From the NCBI GenBank assembly GCA_012729635.1, contig JAAYCT010000014.1:37440-101439 (forward strand): 64,000 nt of DNA. The letters are read 5' to 3'. This document shows positions 33,103 through 44,217 of this stretch, one piece after another; position 1 is the stretch's first letter, and each line of letters starts with the position of its first letter. The stretch comes from Clostridiaceae bacterium (GTDB lineage Bacteria; Bacillota; Clostridia; Saccharofermentanales; Saccharofermentanaceae). Position numbers and translations under genes: made by a program. The notes under the pieces were generated by a model. That model saw nothing but the letters and a program-made list of their open reading frames with translations. It was not told the DNA's origin and did not search any database.

Positions 33103-33510
33103 TCACTCACCGTGCAGGTCTGCCTTATCGATCTTTTTCCGGCAGTCCGGACACAACCCTTCGAAAACCAGCCGATGCCGAAAGACCAGATAGCCGGTTT
33201 CCTCGATTACGCGCTCATCCAATGCTCCATCGTATGGGATCGGCACATCGCAAACCGTGTGACACCGGGAACAGATCAAGTGATCGTGCCGATCCGCGCG
33301 AACCTCGTAACGGTCGGTGACCGGAAGCTTCACATGGAGAATTTCCCCCGTCTGCTCGAGCACATTCAAATTACGGTAGACGGTGCCGCGGCTGATTTTA
33401 TCGTCGACGGCACGAACGTCCGTATAAATCTGATCTGCGCTCGGATGATCGCAACGCGCCCGGACCGCGTCCAGAACCAATCGTCGCTGTCTGGTACTGC
33501 GCTGTTTCAA
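33103..33510 (-). CDS. perR: Fur-family metalloregulator, likely PerR-type peroxide sensor.
   Basis: 135 aa with HHxHxxCxxC-type metal sites (DRHDHLICSRCHTV...CPDC). Directly downstream of catalase on the same strand. Confidence 0.7.
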   Translation of the reverse strand: MKQRSTRQRRLVLDAVRARCDHPSADQIYTDVRAVDDKISRGTVYRNLNVLEQTGEILHVKLPVTDRYEVRADRHDHLICSRCHTVCDVPIPYDGALDERVIEETGYLVFRHRLVFEGLCPDCRKKIDKADLHGE

Positions 33511-33530
33511 GATTCACTCACTCCTTTTGT

Positions 33531-35047
33531 CTACTCCATCATTCCGGAAAGCGTCGCTTGATTCAACTCTGAATTCCTGAGTCTTGAGAGCTCCCTGACT
33601 TTATCGAAACAGAGCCCGGCCGCCTTTGAAAAGCGCTCGCCGTATTCGGGATCCGCAAGACAGCAGTGCGCGGCATGGCGGTACTTGATATTTTTCGTAA
33701 CACAGGCCATGTCTGCGGCGGTGTTTTCAATAAGGAGCTGCTTCTGATCTTCGGTCATCACCCGCCACAGGTTTCCTCCGGCGCGGAAGCAGTCGTCGGT
33801 CGGGTCATCCTTGGGATCAAATCGGTACATCGCCCCGTCCAAATCCATCGGCGGTTCCATGACCTCCGGCTGAGCGGTCCATACGCCATAGCTGTTCGGT
33901 GTATACGCCGGGGCTCGTCCGTAATTACCGTCGACGCGCATCGCCCCATCGCGGTGATAATCATTGACGGGGACCTTCGCGCGGTTTACGGGGATCTGAT
34001 TATAGTTGATGCCCAGACGATACCGGTGCGCATCTCCGTACGAAAAGAGTCTTCCCTGAAGAAAGCGGTCCGGGCTGAAGCCGATACCGGGAACGACGTG
34101 CGCGGGGGTAAAAGCGGCCTGCTCCACCTCGGCGAAGAAATTCTCCGGGTTGCGGTTGAGCTCCAGAACGCCCACTTCGATCAGCGGGTATTCCGCGTGT
34201 CGCCAGATTTTAGTGATATCAAAGGGATTCTCATAATGATTTTTGGCCTGTTCCTCAGTCATAATTTGCACGTACATCGTCCATTTGGGGAAGTTGCCCC
34301 GCTCGATCGACTCGAAAAGATCCTTGCCGTGATACTCGCGGTCCATGCCGTTGATTTTCGCGGCCTCTTCGTTACTGAGGTTCTTAATCCCCTGTTGTGT
34401 CCTGAAATGAAACTTGCACCAGACGCGCTCGTTCTTGTCGTTATAGAAGGAATATGTGTGCTCGCCGTAAAAGTGCATGTTCCGGAACGACGCGGGAATG
34501 CCGCGGTCGCTCATGACGACGGTGATCTGATGGAAACATTCGGGCAAAAGCGTCCAGAAATCCCAGTTGTTCTGTGCCGAGCGGCGACCGGTGTGCGGGT
34601 CGCGTTTGACGGCACGGTTCAAATCGGAGAAATTATGCACATCCCGGATAAAGAACGTCGGGGTGTTGTTACCGACCATATCCCAGTTCCCCTCTTCGGT
34701 ATAGAACTTGACAGCTACGCCGCGGATATCCCGCTCGCAGTCGGCGGCACCGCGCTCCCCTGCCACGGTCGAGAAGCGGATAAATAACTCGGTTTCCGCC
34801 CCGGGCGCGAGCACCTTCGCCTTCGTATACTTTGAGATGTCGTGTGTTACCGTAAGTTTGCCGTACGCGCCCCAACCCTTGGCGTGCATCCGGCGTTCCG
34901 GAATCACCTCGCGGTTGAAGTGTGCCATCTTTTCCATCAGCCAAACATCCTGCATGACGACGGGACCGCGCGGACCGGCGGTAATCGCGTTTTCATTGTC
35001 GGCGACCGGTGCGCCGACCTCGTTGGTCAGTTTTTTGTACTCGTCCA
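33531..35047 (-). CDS. katA: Monofunctional heme catalase.
   Basis: Start moved to the internal ATG (plus 35045-35047) with RBS GGAGAAAAAACC. The 5' extension in the track has no RBS. Catalase core motifs are present (RERIPERVVHAKG-like [15 protein letters not shown], and heme-ligand region [14 protein letters not shown]). Confidence 0.9.
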
Positions 35048-35092
35048 TGGTTTTTTCTCCTTTCGGTGGTTTGAATCGTTCGGTTTGTCGTG

Positions 35093-35733
35093 TTACAAAG
35101 AAAGACACATAATCAGAAGCCAGACATAAACCGCGGTTTTCGGTAACATCAGCATGCCGATCTTTGGATTTCGGTTCGCCCAAAGGACGACGGGCAGATA
35201 GAAAGCAAAACTGAGAATGAGTGCAAGCCAGACCAAACCGAGACCCGGCGAAGCTTTTCGAAAAACAAAGAACATCGCGGCGACCGTCGCCCCCAGCGCG
35301 AAAAACGGAACATTCCGCAAAATGCCCCAGCGGACGGGCGGATACCGTTTTGTCCATCGGTTCTGCGGAAGAAAGCATAACGCGATGCGAACCATCGCAA
35401 GGAGACAGACGGAAAACGCCCAGACTTCTGCGTTCGGGATCGCGAAAATGAGCGTCCCGATATGATACAAAATGACGTAGAAAAGGGTCATCGTGATCGA
35501 GGTAATTTGCTTTCCGCGGCCGAGCGCCCTTCTGTTTGACTCCTCGTCACCCGAAAGGATCACTCTGATGCGCGGGATCAGGTGAAACGCGTCTCCGCCT
35601 ACCAGTAACAGGGCCATAACGCCCGCCCAAAATCGCGGCGGATTTCCCGGGGCACCTACAAGGAGAACCACCCCTATGATCGTCGCTGCGGCAAGATAAA
35701 GGATATCGAAAACTGCTTCCACCCGTCCGAATA
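35093..35733 (-). CDS. Integral membrane protein, function unknown.
   Basis: About six hydrophobic helices. Start ATG at plus 35731-35733 with RBS AGGAGG. The ATG overlaps the stop of the upstream DUF454 gene (ATGA), which suggests translational coupling. Confidence 0.55.
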
Positions 35734-35739
35734 CACGCT

Positions 35740-36114
35740 TCATATCATTCCATCCTCCTTCCGGGCTTTGGCCATCCAAAGAAGATGGATCGTCACGGTA
35801 ATCCCGATGACAGATAACAGAAGCAAACTCCACATACTGCGGATCAGGGCGCCGGACAGAATCAGCATTCCCCACAACCAAGCCATACTGATGATGAACG
35901 TCTTTCTTGTAAGGCCCCTGCGATGCTCATAATTCTCGATATGCTCGCGAAAAAAGGGAATCGCCACGATCCTCGCACGGATCCGGGGCGCCGACGATAA
36001 GCAGGCGACCGCCGCCAAAACAAACGGAGTTGTCGACCATACGGGAATCAATATCCCGATTGCTCCGAAAACCAAAAAGAGAAATCCCAGAACGGTCAGC
36101 AAGATCGTTTTCAA
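35740..36114 (-). CDS. DUF454 (YbaN-like) inner membrane protein.
   Basis: 124 aa, MKTILLTVLGFLFLVFGAIGILIP...FFREHIENYEHRRG, characteristic of DUF454. Confidence 0.6.
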   Translation of the reverse strand: MKTILLTVLGFLFLVFGAIGILIPVWSTTPFVLAAVACLSSAPRIRARIVAIPFFREHIENYEHRRGLTRKTFIISMAWLWGMLILSGALIRSMWSLLLLSVIGITVTIHLLWMAKARKEDGMI

Positions 36115-36235
36115 GGGACAGATCCACCCATCTCTTTCCTTATTAGGACTTATTACTATTATTCTAACACATTCCCGGAATAAATTACAGAAATATTTGA
36201 TATTTTCCCAAGGGTATCCTCTTCTGATTCCGGCT

Positions 36236-37310
36236 TTACTCGATCGGGCGTTTCTTGATCCCGAAACAGAAACGCAAGCCGGGAACCCTTCGGATCATTT
36301 CATATACCGACATCGTCACGACAAAAGACAAGAGGATAATCAAACCCGCCTGGGCGTATTCATCGGAAACCCATTGAGTGACATAAAAAGCGACCGCCAC
36401 AAGTACCGATTGGTGCAGTAGATAGACCGGGAAAGCCGCCGCGGCAAAGTACGCCGTTATGCGGGTTCGGAAATTCAGAAACCGTCGGCCCAAGCCGAGA
36501 AGGGCCAAGATGCCGACCCATGTGACGACACGGCGATACAATTCATACGGAATCGCCTGATAATCTACCCGGTCAACCAAGATCAGATGAAGAGCAAGCA
36601 TCGCCACTAAAGCGCCTGTCAGAATCGGCCAGTACTTTTCGATCCGCTCCTGAACTTTTTCTTCGGCCAACACGAAATACCCGAGCATGAAGAGGGCAAA
36701 GTTCTCGCCCAAACCCTTGCCCCCGATGACCAATATCGGCGCGAACAACCACAGTATGGCCGCGAAAGTCAGCAAAGCGGGCATGTTCAGGTTATTTATT
36801 TTCGATGTCAGCGAGTACTTCCGGGCAAGAAGGATTATAGGGATCGCCGCCAACGAAATCACGAACAAATACAGGATGAACCAGAGATGCCCGGGCGTGA
36901 AACCGCCCTCGTACCCGGTCAGATCCGTCCATTTGGTGAAAAACAAAAGATATTGTTCAAAATATCCTCCGGAATATCCGTTGTGAAACCGCTCCGCATA
37001 ATAGGTCTGGATCGGAATGAGAACGAGGATACCGAAAATCAAAGGCACAAAAAGGCGCTTTACCCGTTCGACGATATAAAGCTTGACCGATCGCTTTTTC
37101 AGCGCGTAGCGTGTACTGATGCCGGAGATCGCAAAAAGAAGAGGCATAAACCACGGAGACGTCGCAACGAGAAACCCGCCCAGAAGCGGCATTGAGTCCC
37201 CGCGCACGTAAAAACTTTCCCCGTAATGGTTATAGATCATGAACGTATGATAAACAAAAAGCATCAGGATACAAAGTGATCTCAGATTGTCAATGTCGTT
37301 TCTTCTCATG
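36236..37310 (-). CDS. Acyltransferase-3 family membrane O-acyltransferase.
   Basis: NLRSLCILMLFVYHTF... acyltransferase-3 signature with about ten TM helices. Start set at the internal Met (MRRNDIDNLRS). The upstream extension is Gly/Arg-rich with no RBS. Confidence 0.75.
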
Positions 37311-37371
37311 CCAAGCCTCTGTGGATTTATTGATGAAATGCTGAGCAGATCCGTATCCTCGGATCCGACCC

Positions 37372-37716
37372 CTACGCGCCCAGCCAGGGAATAAAGAGTA
37401 TGAATACCGCCACTTGAATGCCCAGCGCAAGAATCACCGCCGCGGCGCCCATGACGATTCCCGCAACCGCGGCTTTTTTCCCTGCTTGCTTCTCCGCGCC
37501 GGTCCTTTTGAGCGCTATGATTCCACAAACGATCGCAAATAATGCGAGTAAATATACGGCACCCAAAAAGTTAACGATTCCGATCGACTCGACAAACCAT
37601 CCCAATAAAACAGACGCGACAAGAACGACTAAGCTTCCGATACCCAGATACAATGCGACAACGGCCACCCCCGGCTTGGGTGGATTGTTCGGAACAGGGT
37701 GATCACTCATCTTCAT
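37372..37716 (-). CDS. DUF4190 small membrane protein.
   Basis: 114 aa, with a Pro-rich N-terminus and then two TM helices (VALYLGIGSLVVLVASVLLG...). Confidence 0.6.
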   Translation of the reverse strand: MKMSDHPVPNNPPKPGVAVVALYLGIGSLVVLVASVLLGWFVESIGIVNFLGAVYLLALFAIVCGIIALKRTGAEKQAGKKAAVAGIVMGAAAVILALGIQVAVFILFIPWLGA

Positions 37717-37984
37717 TCTCCTTATCGATATGCGTCACTCGAAAATCACGCACGGTCGGTGCACAAAAGAATAATTAATGTTTACCCATATAATAGTAGC
37801 ATTTTTTCTCAAAATAAATGATTATTATGCGCAAATATGCGCAAAAAATGCCGTACGCCAAGATTACACTGCTTTTCGGCCACGTTAAGCCGCCTCGGTC
37901 AATACATCGTCAGGAACGCTCTGTGTCGCTTCCATTGGTTCCGTAGTCTCCGTGGCCGACGTCGGTTCCGTAGTCCCGATTTTC

Positions 37985-38488
37985 TCAGGATTCTCCGCAA
38001 ATTGATTCCGCCCAGATTTTGATATCCTTCCAATTGCGGAAGTCGCCTTCGGGCGCATCTACTCGTTTCATGACCCATTTTTCAAAGGGGCTCAGCATTT
38101 TGGGATCCATTTTTCCTCCGAAACAGGTAATATTCCGGGCATGTATTTTTTCGATGACCGGCCGGAGAGAATCCAGATATAACCGTCCGTCCAATTGTTC
38201 AATTGGATTTCCGGGACCCGTCGGGCCGCTGATAAAGAGCCAGACAGGCAATTTTTCCAATGACTCGATATTCTTTTTCATAAATCGCGTCACATTCTTG
38301 TGCCAAAGCCCCATATAAACTGAACTGCCGATGATGATTTTTTCATAAGGAGTCAGATCATGCACCGTGCCGGCATCCATCACATCCACCGATGATCCCT
38401 TTCGACGAAGTGTATCACCGATTTTTTCGGCTATTTCCGCCGTCGATCCTTTCTTGGAACCGTATACCACCAGTATTTTCTTATCCAT
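37985..38488 (-). CDS. Flavodoxin-domain protein.
   Basis: MDKKILVVYGSKKGSTAEIAEKI FMN-binding loop. Confidence 0.75.
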   Translation of the reverse strand: MDKKILVVYGSKKGSTAEIAEKIGDTLRRKGSSVDVMDAGTVHDLTPYEKIIIGSSVYMGLWHKNVTRFMKKNIESLEKLPVWLFISGPTGPGNPIEQLDGRLYLDSLRPVIEKIHARNITCFGGKMDPKMLSPFEKWVMKRVDAPEGDFRNWKDIKIWAESICGES

Positions 38489-39167
38489 TGGTTATTCCTC
38501 CTTTTTCAATGTCATAAGCGCATCCGGATACGAACGCAAGAATGAAAAACAGCAGTCCGAGGCTCACGGCAGAAACCATGACCGGGCTGATGACGTCCGG
38601 ATCGGATATGCCGGGAACAAACCCAAATATTGCTACTTGCAGTGCGAAAAAAACACTCACGGAACCGACGATCAGGAAAGGGCGCCACAGCTTGGACATT
38701 AATCGGCGCATGCCTGCCGGCAACACCCTTCTCCACCATCGAAGCGGCTTGCGGATCTGTGTCGACATCGCCCATCCGACCGTAAAGAAGATCACCTGAG
38801 CGACTCCGCCTCCGACGAGAAATAACAGGATAAACAGCGCCAGAAATATGGAAGAAGCGTGCTTTTTGTGCATGAACCCCGCCGACCAGATGACGACGAT
38901 AACACCCACCGACATCGCGGCTATTCCGGTGATCAGAAAATTCGGGATGATGGTAAAGGCCGGCTCGTTTCCGTGAAGCCACATCCGATCTGCCTCTCCG
39001 ATGGCTTCGATAAAAAAACCATTCGTTGCCGTATTGCCTTGCAGTGTTTCAAAAAAGCCGTGCGCGATACCGCCTATTCCGAAAATGATTCCGAGCGTGG
39101 AAACGATCGTATGGATCGCCCGATTGACGGTGCCCGGAATCGTACTTTCCGGATTTTCGCGTATCAT
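38481..39167 (-). CDS. Integral membrane protein, function unknown.
   Basis: 228 aa with six hydrophobic helices. Lies between the TetR and flavodoxin genes with overlapping stops and starts, so probably one operon. Confidence 0.55.
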   Translation of the reverse strand: MIRENPESTIPGTVNRAIHTIVSTLGIIFGIGGIAHGFFETLQGNTATNGFFIEAIGEADRMWLHGNEPAFTIIPNFLITGIAAMSVGVIVVIWSAGFMHKKHASSIFLALFILLFLVGGGVAQVIFFTVGWAMSTQIRKPLRWWRRVLPAGMRRLMSKLWRPFLIVGSVSVFFALQVAIFGFVPGISDPDVISPVMVSAVSLGLLFFILAFVSGCAYDIEKGGITNG

Positions 39168-39778
39168 TATTGTTCCTCCCCGACTCGTTCGGTCAATGCG
39201 TGATCGATCATGCGATCGATCGTTTGTGTCCTCTTTTCTTCATCAAAAAAGTCTGTATCCAGATACGTGTTATAAAACTCCGGATTCATAACGATATGGT
39301 GAAAGGGAATCATGAGCTGCATCGCGATAATATTCAATTCTGTTTCATCACAGACAGTAAATATCTCTCGCAACAAGGGCGTAGCCATTTTGCAGGAATT
39401 GCGGCAGCCGGACTTGAGCTCGATCGAAATCGCGATTTTGCAGATATTGTGGTACTTAAATGCAGTATTCGCGGTAGTGATCAGCATATTTCGAAGCCGT
39501 TCCCGTGCATCGGGTTTGACTTGGCTGTTTGCGTCCGACTTCTCATTTTCGCGGCTTTCCGGGTCGGACTTCTCAATAATCTGACTCATCATCGTCGCCA
39601 CGACCCGGTTGAGTAAATTTTCTTTGGATCGGTAATAGTAATTAACCAGCGCAAGATTCACGCCTGCTTTTGACGCAATCTCTCGCGTCGTGATCTGCTG
39701 TTCGTTTTTTCCCTCAGCCACCAATTCCATCGCGGCCTGAAATATTTTTTCTTTTGCGTTTGCCTCTTCTTTGCTCAT
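39167..39778 (-). CDS. TetR/AcrR-family transcriptional regulator.
   Basis: HTH TTREIASKAGVNLALVNYYYRSKENLL. Confidence 0.8.
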   Translation of the reverse strand: MSKEEANAKEKIFQAAMELVAEGKNEQQITTREIASKAGVNLALVNYYYRSKENLLNRVVATMMSQIIEKSDPESRENEKSDANSQVKPDARERLRNMLITTANTAFKYHNICKIAISIELKSGCRNSCKMATPLLREIFTVCDETELNIIAMQLMIPFHHIVMNPEFYNTYLDTDFFDEEKRTQTIDRMIDHALTERVGEEQ

Positions 39779-39946
39779 ATTCGCCGCCTTGGTTTGAACG
39801 TGTTTTAATCATGTTTAATTTTACTCCGAATTTACAGATTGTCAACAGCGAATTCTGTCCGGCACAAAATTTATTACTTCCGGACCGGAATCCAAACTTC
39901 TCCGAACCCGTTTTGATGCTTTGAAAGGCCAAAATACATCTCGAAT

Positions 39947-40639
39947 TCAGGCATTGGAAATGTGTTGTTCGTATTTGCGCTCTCCCAGTTTCACGATGAC
40001 GACGAGAAGGAGTGCCGCAACGAGTAGTTTGGCGACAAGTATTTCGTCCGCGATGGCGACTACACCGGGATTGGAAGTGATCAAATTCATAAACGCGAGG
40101 GGCGCACCGATGAAAACCGTCCCAATGAAACGAGCCTCCCGAAACACTCTTCCGCTCGACGCGACAATATATGCAAACAACAAGATCGTCGGAGACATAA
40201 GCCAAGCATCGACCAGCGACAGCGTAATTACATGATTCGAACTGATCGAGAAATAATGAACGCTTTCCGTATTGAATTTTTCAAACAGGAGACTCGCCGC
40301 AACGACACAAACGCCCGTTACGCCCACGACCAAAAGATTGACAATGATTTTAGCAACAACGACATTTCGGAAGGAAGATCCGGTCCCCCGCTCCAGGGCG
40401 TATGTCTTTTCGCGAAAATCATGGATCACGTTGTACATCGGATAAAGAAAAAGGATCAATAAACACACAGAAGTGGTAACCCAGAGAAGCATGATTAACA
40501 CTTCGAACGGATTCCCCCATACGTCCGCCCACCCGCTCGGCAAGATCCAGATCACGCCAAAGAGCGCAACGAGAAAAACAAAGAGTCCTCTCAGGCGATG
40601 AAACGTCTTAATAAATTCCCACTTAATCGTCGCCGCCAT
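39947..40639 (-). CDS. Membrane protein, probable permease partner of the adjacent ABC ATPase (YtrC/D-like).
   Basis: 230 aa with six TM helices. Overlaps the ATPase gene end. Confidence 0.5.
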   Translation of the reverse strand: MAATIKWEFIKTFHRLRGLFVFLVALFGVIWILPSGWADVWGNPFEVLIMLLWVTTSVCLLILFLYPMYNVIHDFREKTYALERGTGSSFRNVVVAKIIVNLLVVGVTGVCVVAASLLFEKFNTESVHYFSISSNHVITLSLVDAWLMSPTILLFAYIVASSGRVFREARFIGTVFIGAPLAFMNLITSNPGVVAIADEILVAKLLVAALLLVVIVKLGERKYEQHISNA

Positions 40640-41330
40640 TTGACATCACCTCCGCATAATAATCATCGACGGACATATTGCGCTTCGCCCGCACTTCTTC
40701 GGCATCCACGCTCAGGACCGAATGATCTTTCATAATCAGAAGCTGATCGAAAAGCACCTCCATGTCCTTGATCAGATGCGTCGACAGGATCACCGTCGCG
40801 TCCTCCGGAATGTTCTCGAGGATAAATCTCTTGACGTCCCTTTTCATCGTCGGGTCGATCCCGCCCATCGGTTCATCCAATAAATACAGTTTCACATTTC
40901 TCGAAAAGGCGAGCATCAGACAAACCTTCTCCTTGTTGCCTTTCGAGAGGTCCTTGATTTTACCTTGCGGATCGATACCGAACTCGCCAGAGATCCGGCG
41001 CGCTTTTTGCTCATCAAAGTCCGGAAAGAAGTCGCGATAATACGCAATGGCATCGCGAACGTTCATCCAATCGAAAAGCTGCTCCGGGGCAAGCAGAAAG
41101 GAGGTGCTTTTTCTGGTCACGGAGGAAACCGGCACATCCGCGATGCGGATCTCGCCTTGATCCGGAAGCATGAAATTGCCGATCAACCGCAGTAACGTCG
41201 TCTTCCCGATCCCGTTATCGCCCAGAAGGCCGATGATCCGCCCCGAGGGAATCGACAGCGTGAGATCCCGGATCACGGAGGTCCCCCGTACTTTCTTTGA
41301 TACTCCTTTCATGGAAACCAGATCACTCAT
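40623..41330 (-). CDS. ABC transporter ATP-binding protein.
   Basis: Walker A GDNGIGKTTL, signature LSKGNKEKV, Walker B LYLLDEP. Confidence 0.85.
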   Translation of the reverse strand: MSDLVSMKGVSKKVRGTSVIRDLTLSIPSGRIIGLLGDNGIGKTTLLRLIGNFMLPDQGEIRIADVPVSSVTRKSTSFLLAPEQLFDWMNVRDAIAYYRDFFPDFDEQKARRISGEFGIDPQGKIKDLSKGNKEKVCLMLAFSRNVKLYLLDEPMGGIDPTMKRDVKRFILENIPEDATVILSTHLIKDMEVLFDQLLIMKDHSVLSVDAEEVRAKRNMSVDDYYAEVMSNGGDD

Positions 41331-41676
41331 CCTCTAAAGCTCCCTTCACCTTATTGAGTATCGCTGTGTCGGATAGCCCAACATTGCGCATTTTCGCGAT
41401 AAAATCCTCGATTTGCCGATCTACCATGCGCTCCTCCAGATTGTCCTTACAGTCGACGAGGACAAAACTTCCGACCCCGCGCTTGGACTTAATGATTCCC
41501 TCCGAATCCAGCTCCGTCATCGCGCGTTGGATCGTAAGCGGCGAGACTTCGTATTCCAGGGAATACTCACGCACGGACGGCAACTTCTCGCCGTAAGGCA
41601 AAGCTCCGCTCATGATCCGCTCTTTGATATGATTTGCGATCTGGAGGTAAATCGGCATATCCGTTCGAAAATCCAT
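41323..41676 (-). CDS. GntR-family (YtrA-subfamily) transcriptional regulator.
   Basis: 117 aa. HTH block PSVREYSLEYEVSPLTIQRAMTELDSEGII. Confidence 0.8.
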   Translation of the reverse strand: MDFRTDMPIYLQIANHIKERIMSGALPYGEKLPSVREYSLEYEVSPLTIQRAMTELDSEGIIKSKRGVGSFVLVDCKDNLEERMVDRQIEDFIAKMRNVGLSDTAILNKVKGALEDE

Positions 41677-41897
41677 CGCTCACCCTCTATGCTGTGTTGC
41701 TTATGTATAACAGTAGTATAGCAGAAGCGCGCCGTCTGTCAAGCGGGCGCGCGAAAACCGGATCGTTTGTTGATTTTCTTTTCGGGCAACAAGAAAGTCA
41801 GTCGACACAGAAAAGTCATATGGTTATAATCTGTCATGTGCCCGAGCCGTTTTCAGTCGGCCGCAGACACGATCATGTCCCCCCGGAGGAAAACCGA

Positions 41898-42482
41898 ATG
41901 AAGCACAAAGTCCCGATGATCAAGACAATCAGCCTCATTGCTGCGATCGTGACGGGATTCTTCTTCAATGCGATTTTCGTATCGGAATGGGCAACTCGAA
42001 TCGGTATCGATACGTCAATAATCTCCGGCTTTCTTTTCTGGGCGATCTGCGCATTTAGCATATACATCTTGATCCAACTTGTCGTTTTTCGAAAACTTAA
42101 CGTGTTCGAGCGCCGTATTCTACTTGTCGCCTACCTCCTTCTGGTGATCGCGGGCCTGTTTCTACGGCCCGCACACACACGACGGATCTCTTTAAATCCG
42201 ATCAGTTTTATTTCCGACTTGCGGAATGATTCGTCTTCCATCTTTATACACCTGATCAATCTTTGCCTGTTCATACCGCTCAAGCCCCTTCTTCATTGGA
42301 ACAAATGGAAGGTGAGCGTTTTTTTTGTCGTTCCCGGATTCCTGCTTCTGGAGATTCTTCAACACTTCTCCGGTCGCGGATATGCGGATGTCGGAGACAT
42401 CGTTCTTTACCTGACGGGCTACGGTATCGGAGCGCTCATTCTCTATTTCGTTTGCGGCAGGAAAAAGAAGGAACCGGTGTAG
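41898..42482 (+). CDS. VanZ-family membrane protein.
   Basis: ATG at 41898 after GGAGGAAAACCGA. Hydrophobic helices and a C-terminal DIVLYLTGYGIGALILY motif typical of VanZ-like proteins. Confidence 0.65.
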   Translation: MKHKVPMIKTISLIAAIVTGFFFNAIFVSEWATRIGIDTSIISGFLFWAICAFSIYILIQLVVFRKLNVFERRILLVAYLLLVIAGLFLRPAHTRRISLNPISFISDLRNDSSSIFIHLINLCLFIPLKPLLHWNKWKVSVFFVVPGFLLLEILQHFSGRGYADVGDIVLYLTGYGIGALILYFVCGRKKKEPV

Positions 42483-42557
42483 GCGTGTGCGAAAATCGAA
42501 ACGAGTGCATACCACACGGTAATTCCATCAGTCGATACTATTCTCCGGATCGCTTCG

Positions 42558-44099
42558 TCAGAGAGTGAGCACCAACCGCAGATGGGCAAGAGCACTTTCG
42601 CTGAGATATGATTCTTGCTCTCTCAAAAGTTTCAGAATCGTCGTTTTTTGTTCCTCCGTCGGGGCCGAAAACGAGCGATTATAAGTTCCGAACCAGCGGA
42701 TAAATTGTGTCCTGCACATGTTCCGCAAAGGCTCATGCTTATCGGACATGAACCGCAAAATATATATCATTCGCTGCCATTTACCGGCAGAGAACAACAG
42801 CGCCGCACACTTCATTTTCGTACTTCCGTATGGGGTCATGCTGAAAATCTCCTCGATCCGATCATAATCGTGGATCCGGTACTTTTGGATTAATTCTTTC
42901 GCGGTTTTTACAATTCCCCCATGCCCGGACAAAAGCATTTCCGGAATGACCGCGCCGTATCGGCGGGGATCCAACCGCATCAGAGAAATCATCGACGCGC
43001 GAATCACGTCGACCCTGTCACTTTTAAGGTAAGGCTCGATCATTTCGCAAATCGCCGGTGATCCGACTTCACCCAGACCGAGGATAGCGACGGCAGTGTG
43101 AGGGTTTTGTCTTTCCATGTAAAAATTCAAAAAATCAAACCCGGGATCTGTTTTTGTGATAAGGCTTCTTGAAAACTCTCGAACAAACGCGTTCTTATCG
43201 GTCAACAACGACTCCGCTTTCCGAAAAATATCTTTCCGATCCAAATCGTCAAGATACTTCAGCGCGGCATATCGAACACCGGAATATTTATCCGTAAGAA
43301 GCGCATCAGCCAGGTCGGATACATCCAAATCGGTCTTAATGAGCGATTCAAACGCCGTTTTACGCGAAAGCGGATCCTTTCCCCGCAAAATGTATTTTCG
43401 CAGTATCTCCCGGTTCTTCTCCGGAGACCTCAGCAGGATTCGAAGACAAGCATTTCGGATTCCGGAGTTTGAATCAAACAAGCCATCTTCGACGATATGT
43501 ATATTCGCCGGGTCATTGATGACTGTGTCAAAAAGATGGGCGATTTCGGGATACGCACACCTTGTACTTCTTCTTAATCTGTCTATCAATGATATGGATT
43601 GAAGCAGTTCCTGCTCAGAAGCCACTTTCAATCCTTCCGAAAATGAATCAAACGCCGTCTGCCGAACTTCTCCCACCCAATCGTTCAGCCTGGGGATCAC
43701 AAACGGCAAAGTCGCTTCAAATTTACCAAGATATTCTACCGCTCTTTGACGTATATAGCCGTTCGAACTAAAGGTCGAAAAAATGACTGCGGCTCGCTTT
43801 TCCTCTGGAGACATCCCGGAGGTGATGAAATCAGTAATCATCTCCGCCTTCCAAATTGCAGAGCATGAATAATGGGGTTGACGCATATGCGCCCCAGCTT
43901 CTACGATTTGGTCAAACGTTGAACGCCTTAAGAAGGCGGCGAGGGTTTGTGCCGCCTTTTTTGTATACATGGGTATATTCTCTGCAAGAACAGAGAAAAT
44001 GCACGGAATCGCCCACAAATGGCCGGCGTTCAAGTCTTCGATGAAGCCGTCCAGGCGCGATGAGAAGAATGGAACTTGTTTGCGCTTAAAAAACAACAT
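42558..44099 (-). CDS. HEAT-repeat (PBS-lyase-like) protein, 513 aa, function unknown.
   Basis: Repeated LL-D----VR--A---L units (LLTDKYSGVRYAALKYL, LLTDKNAFVREFSRSLI, and others). No catalytic motif recognised. Encoded immediately downstream of rtcB. Confidence 0.6.
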   Translation of the reverse strand: MLFFKRKQVPFFSSRLDGFIEDLNAGHLWAIPCIFSVLAENIPMYTKKAAQTLAAFLRRSTFDQIVEAGAHMRQPHYSCSAIWKAEMITDFITSGMSPEEKRAAVIFSTFSSNGYIRQRAVEYLGKFEATLPFVIPRLNDWVGEVRQTAFDSFSEGLKVASEQELLQSISLIDRLRRSTRCAYPEIAHLFDTVINDPANIHIVEDGLFDSNSGIRNACLRILLRSPEKNREILRKYILRGKDPLSRKTAFESLIKTDLDVSDLADALLTDKYSGVRYAALKYLDDLDRKDIFRKAESLLTDKNAFVREFSRSLITKTDPGFDFLNFYMERQNPHTAVAILGLGEVGSPAICEMIEPYLKSDRVDVIRASMISLMRLDPRRYGAVIPEMLLSGHGGIVKTAKELIQKYRIHDYDRIEEIFSMTPYGSTKMKCAALLFSAGKWQRMIYILRFMSDKHEPLRNMCRTQFIRWFGTYNRSFSAPTEEQKTTILKLLREQESYLSESALAHLRLVLTL

Positions 44100-44217
44100 T
44101 AGTCACCCGCTTTCCCGCCTGACATCAATTATACCCAATTCTGAAAAAAGGCTGTAATGCGACGGTTTCCCGGCAGTGCTGTCAATCCCCGGTCACCCGG
44201 CAGCCTGCTTTCTCCCT

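Noticed and set aside
33666-34787. 373-aa plus-strand ORF inside the catalase gene, and similar plus-strand ORFs inside the RHS gene (for example 23575-24510).
   Set aside because: They are antisense to genes with strong homology signatures. The translations are low-complexity with no family resemblance.
33531-35378. Full 615-aa catalase ORF from the six-frame track.
   Set aside because: The first ~110 residues are Cys/Arg-rich and lack an RBS. An internal ATG with GGAGAAAAAACC aligns with the canonical catalase N-terminus, so the start was moved to 35047.
42558-44099. HEAT-repeat protein as an Rsr/Ro60 (TROVE) orthologue.
   Set aside because: No vWA/MIDAS motif. The repeats look like PBS-lyase-type HEAT rather than TROVE. 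Left as function unknown.
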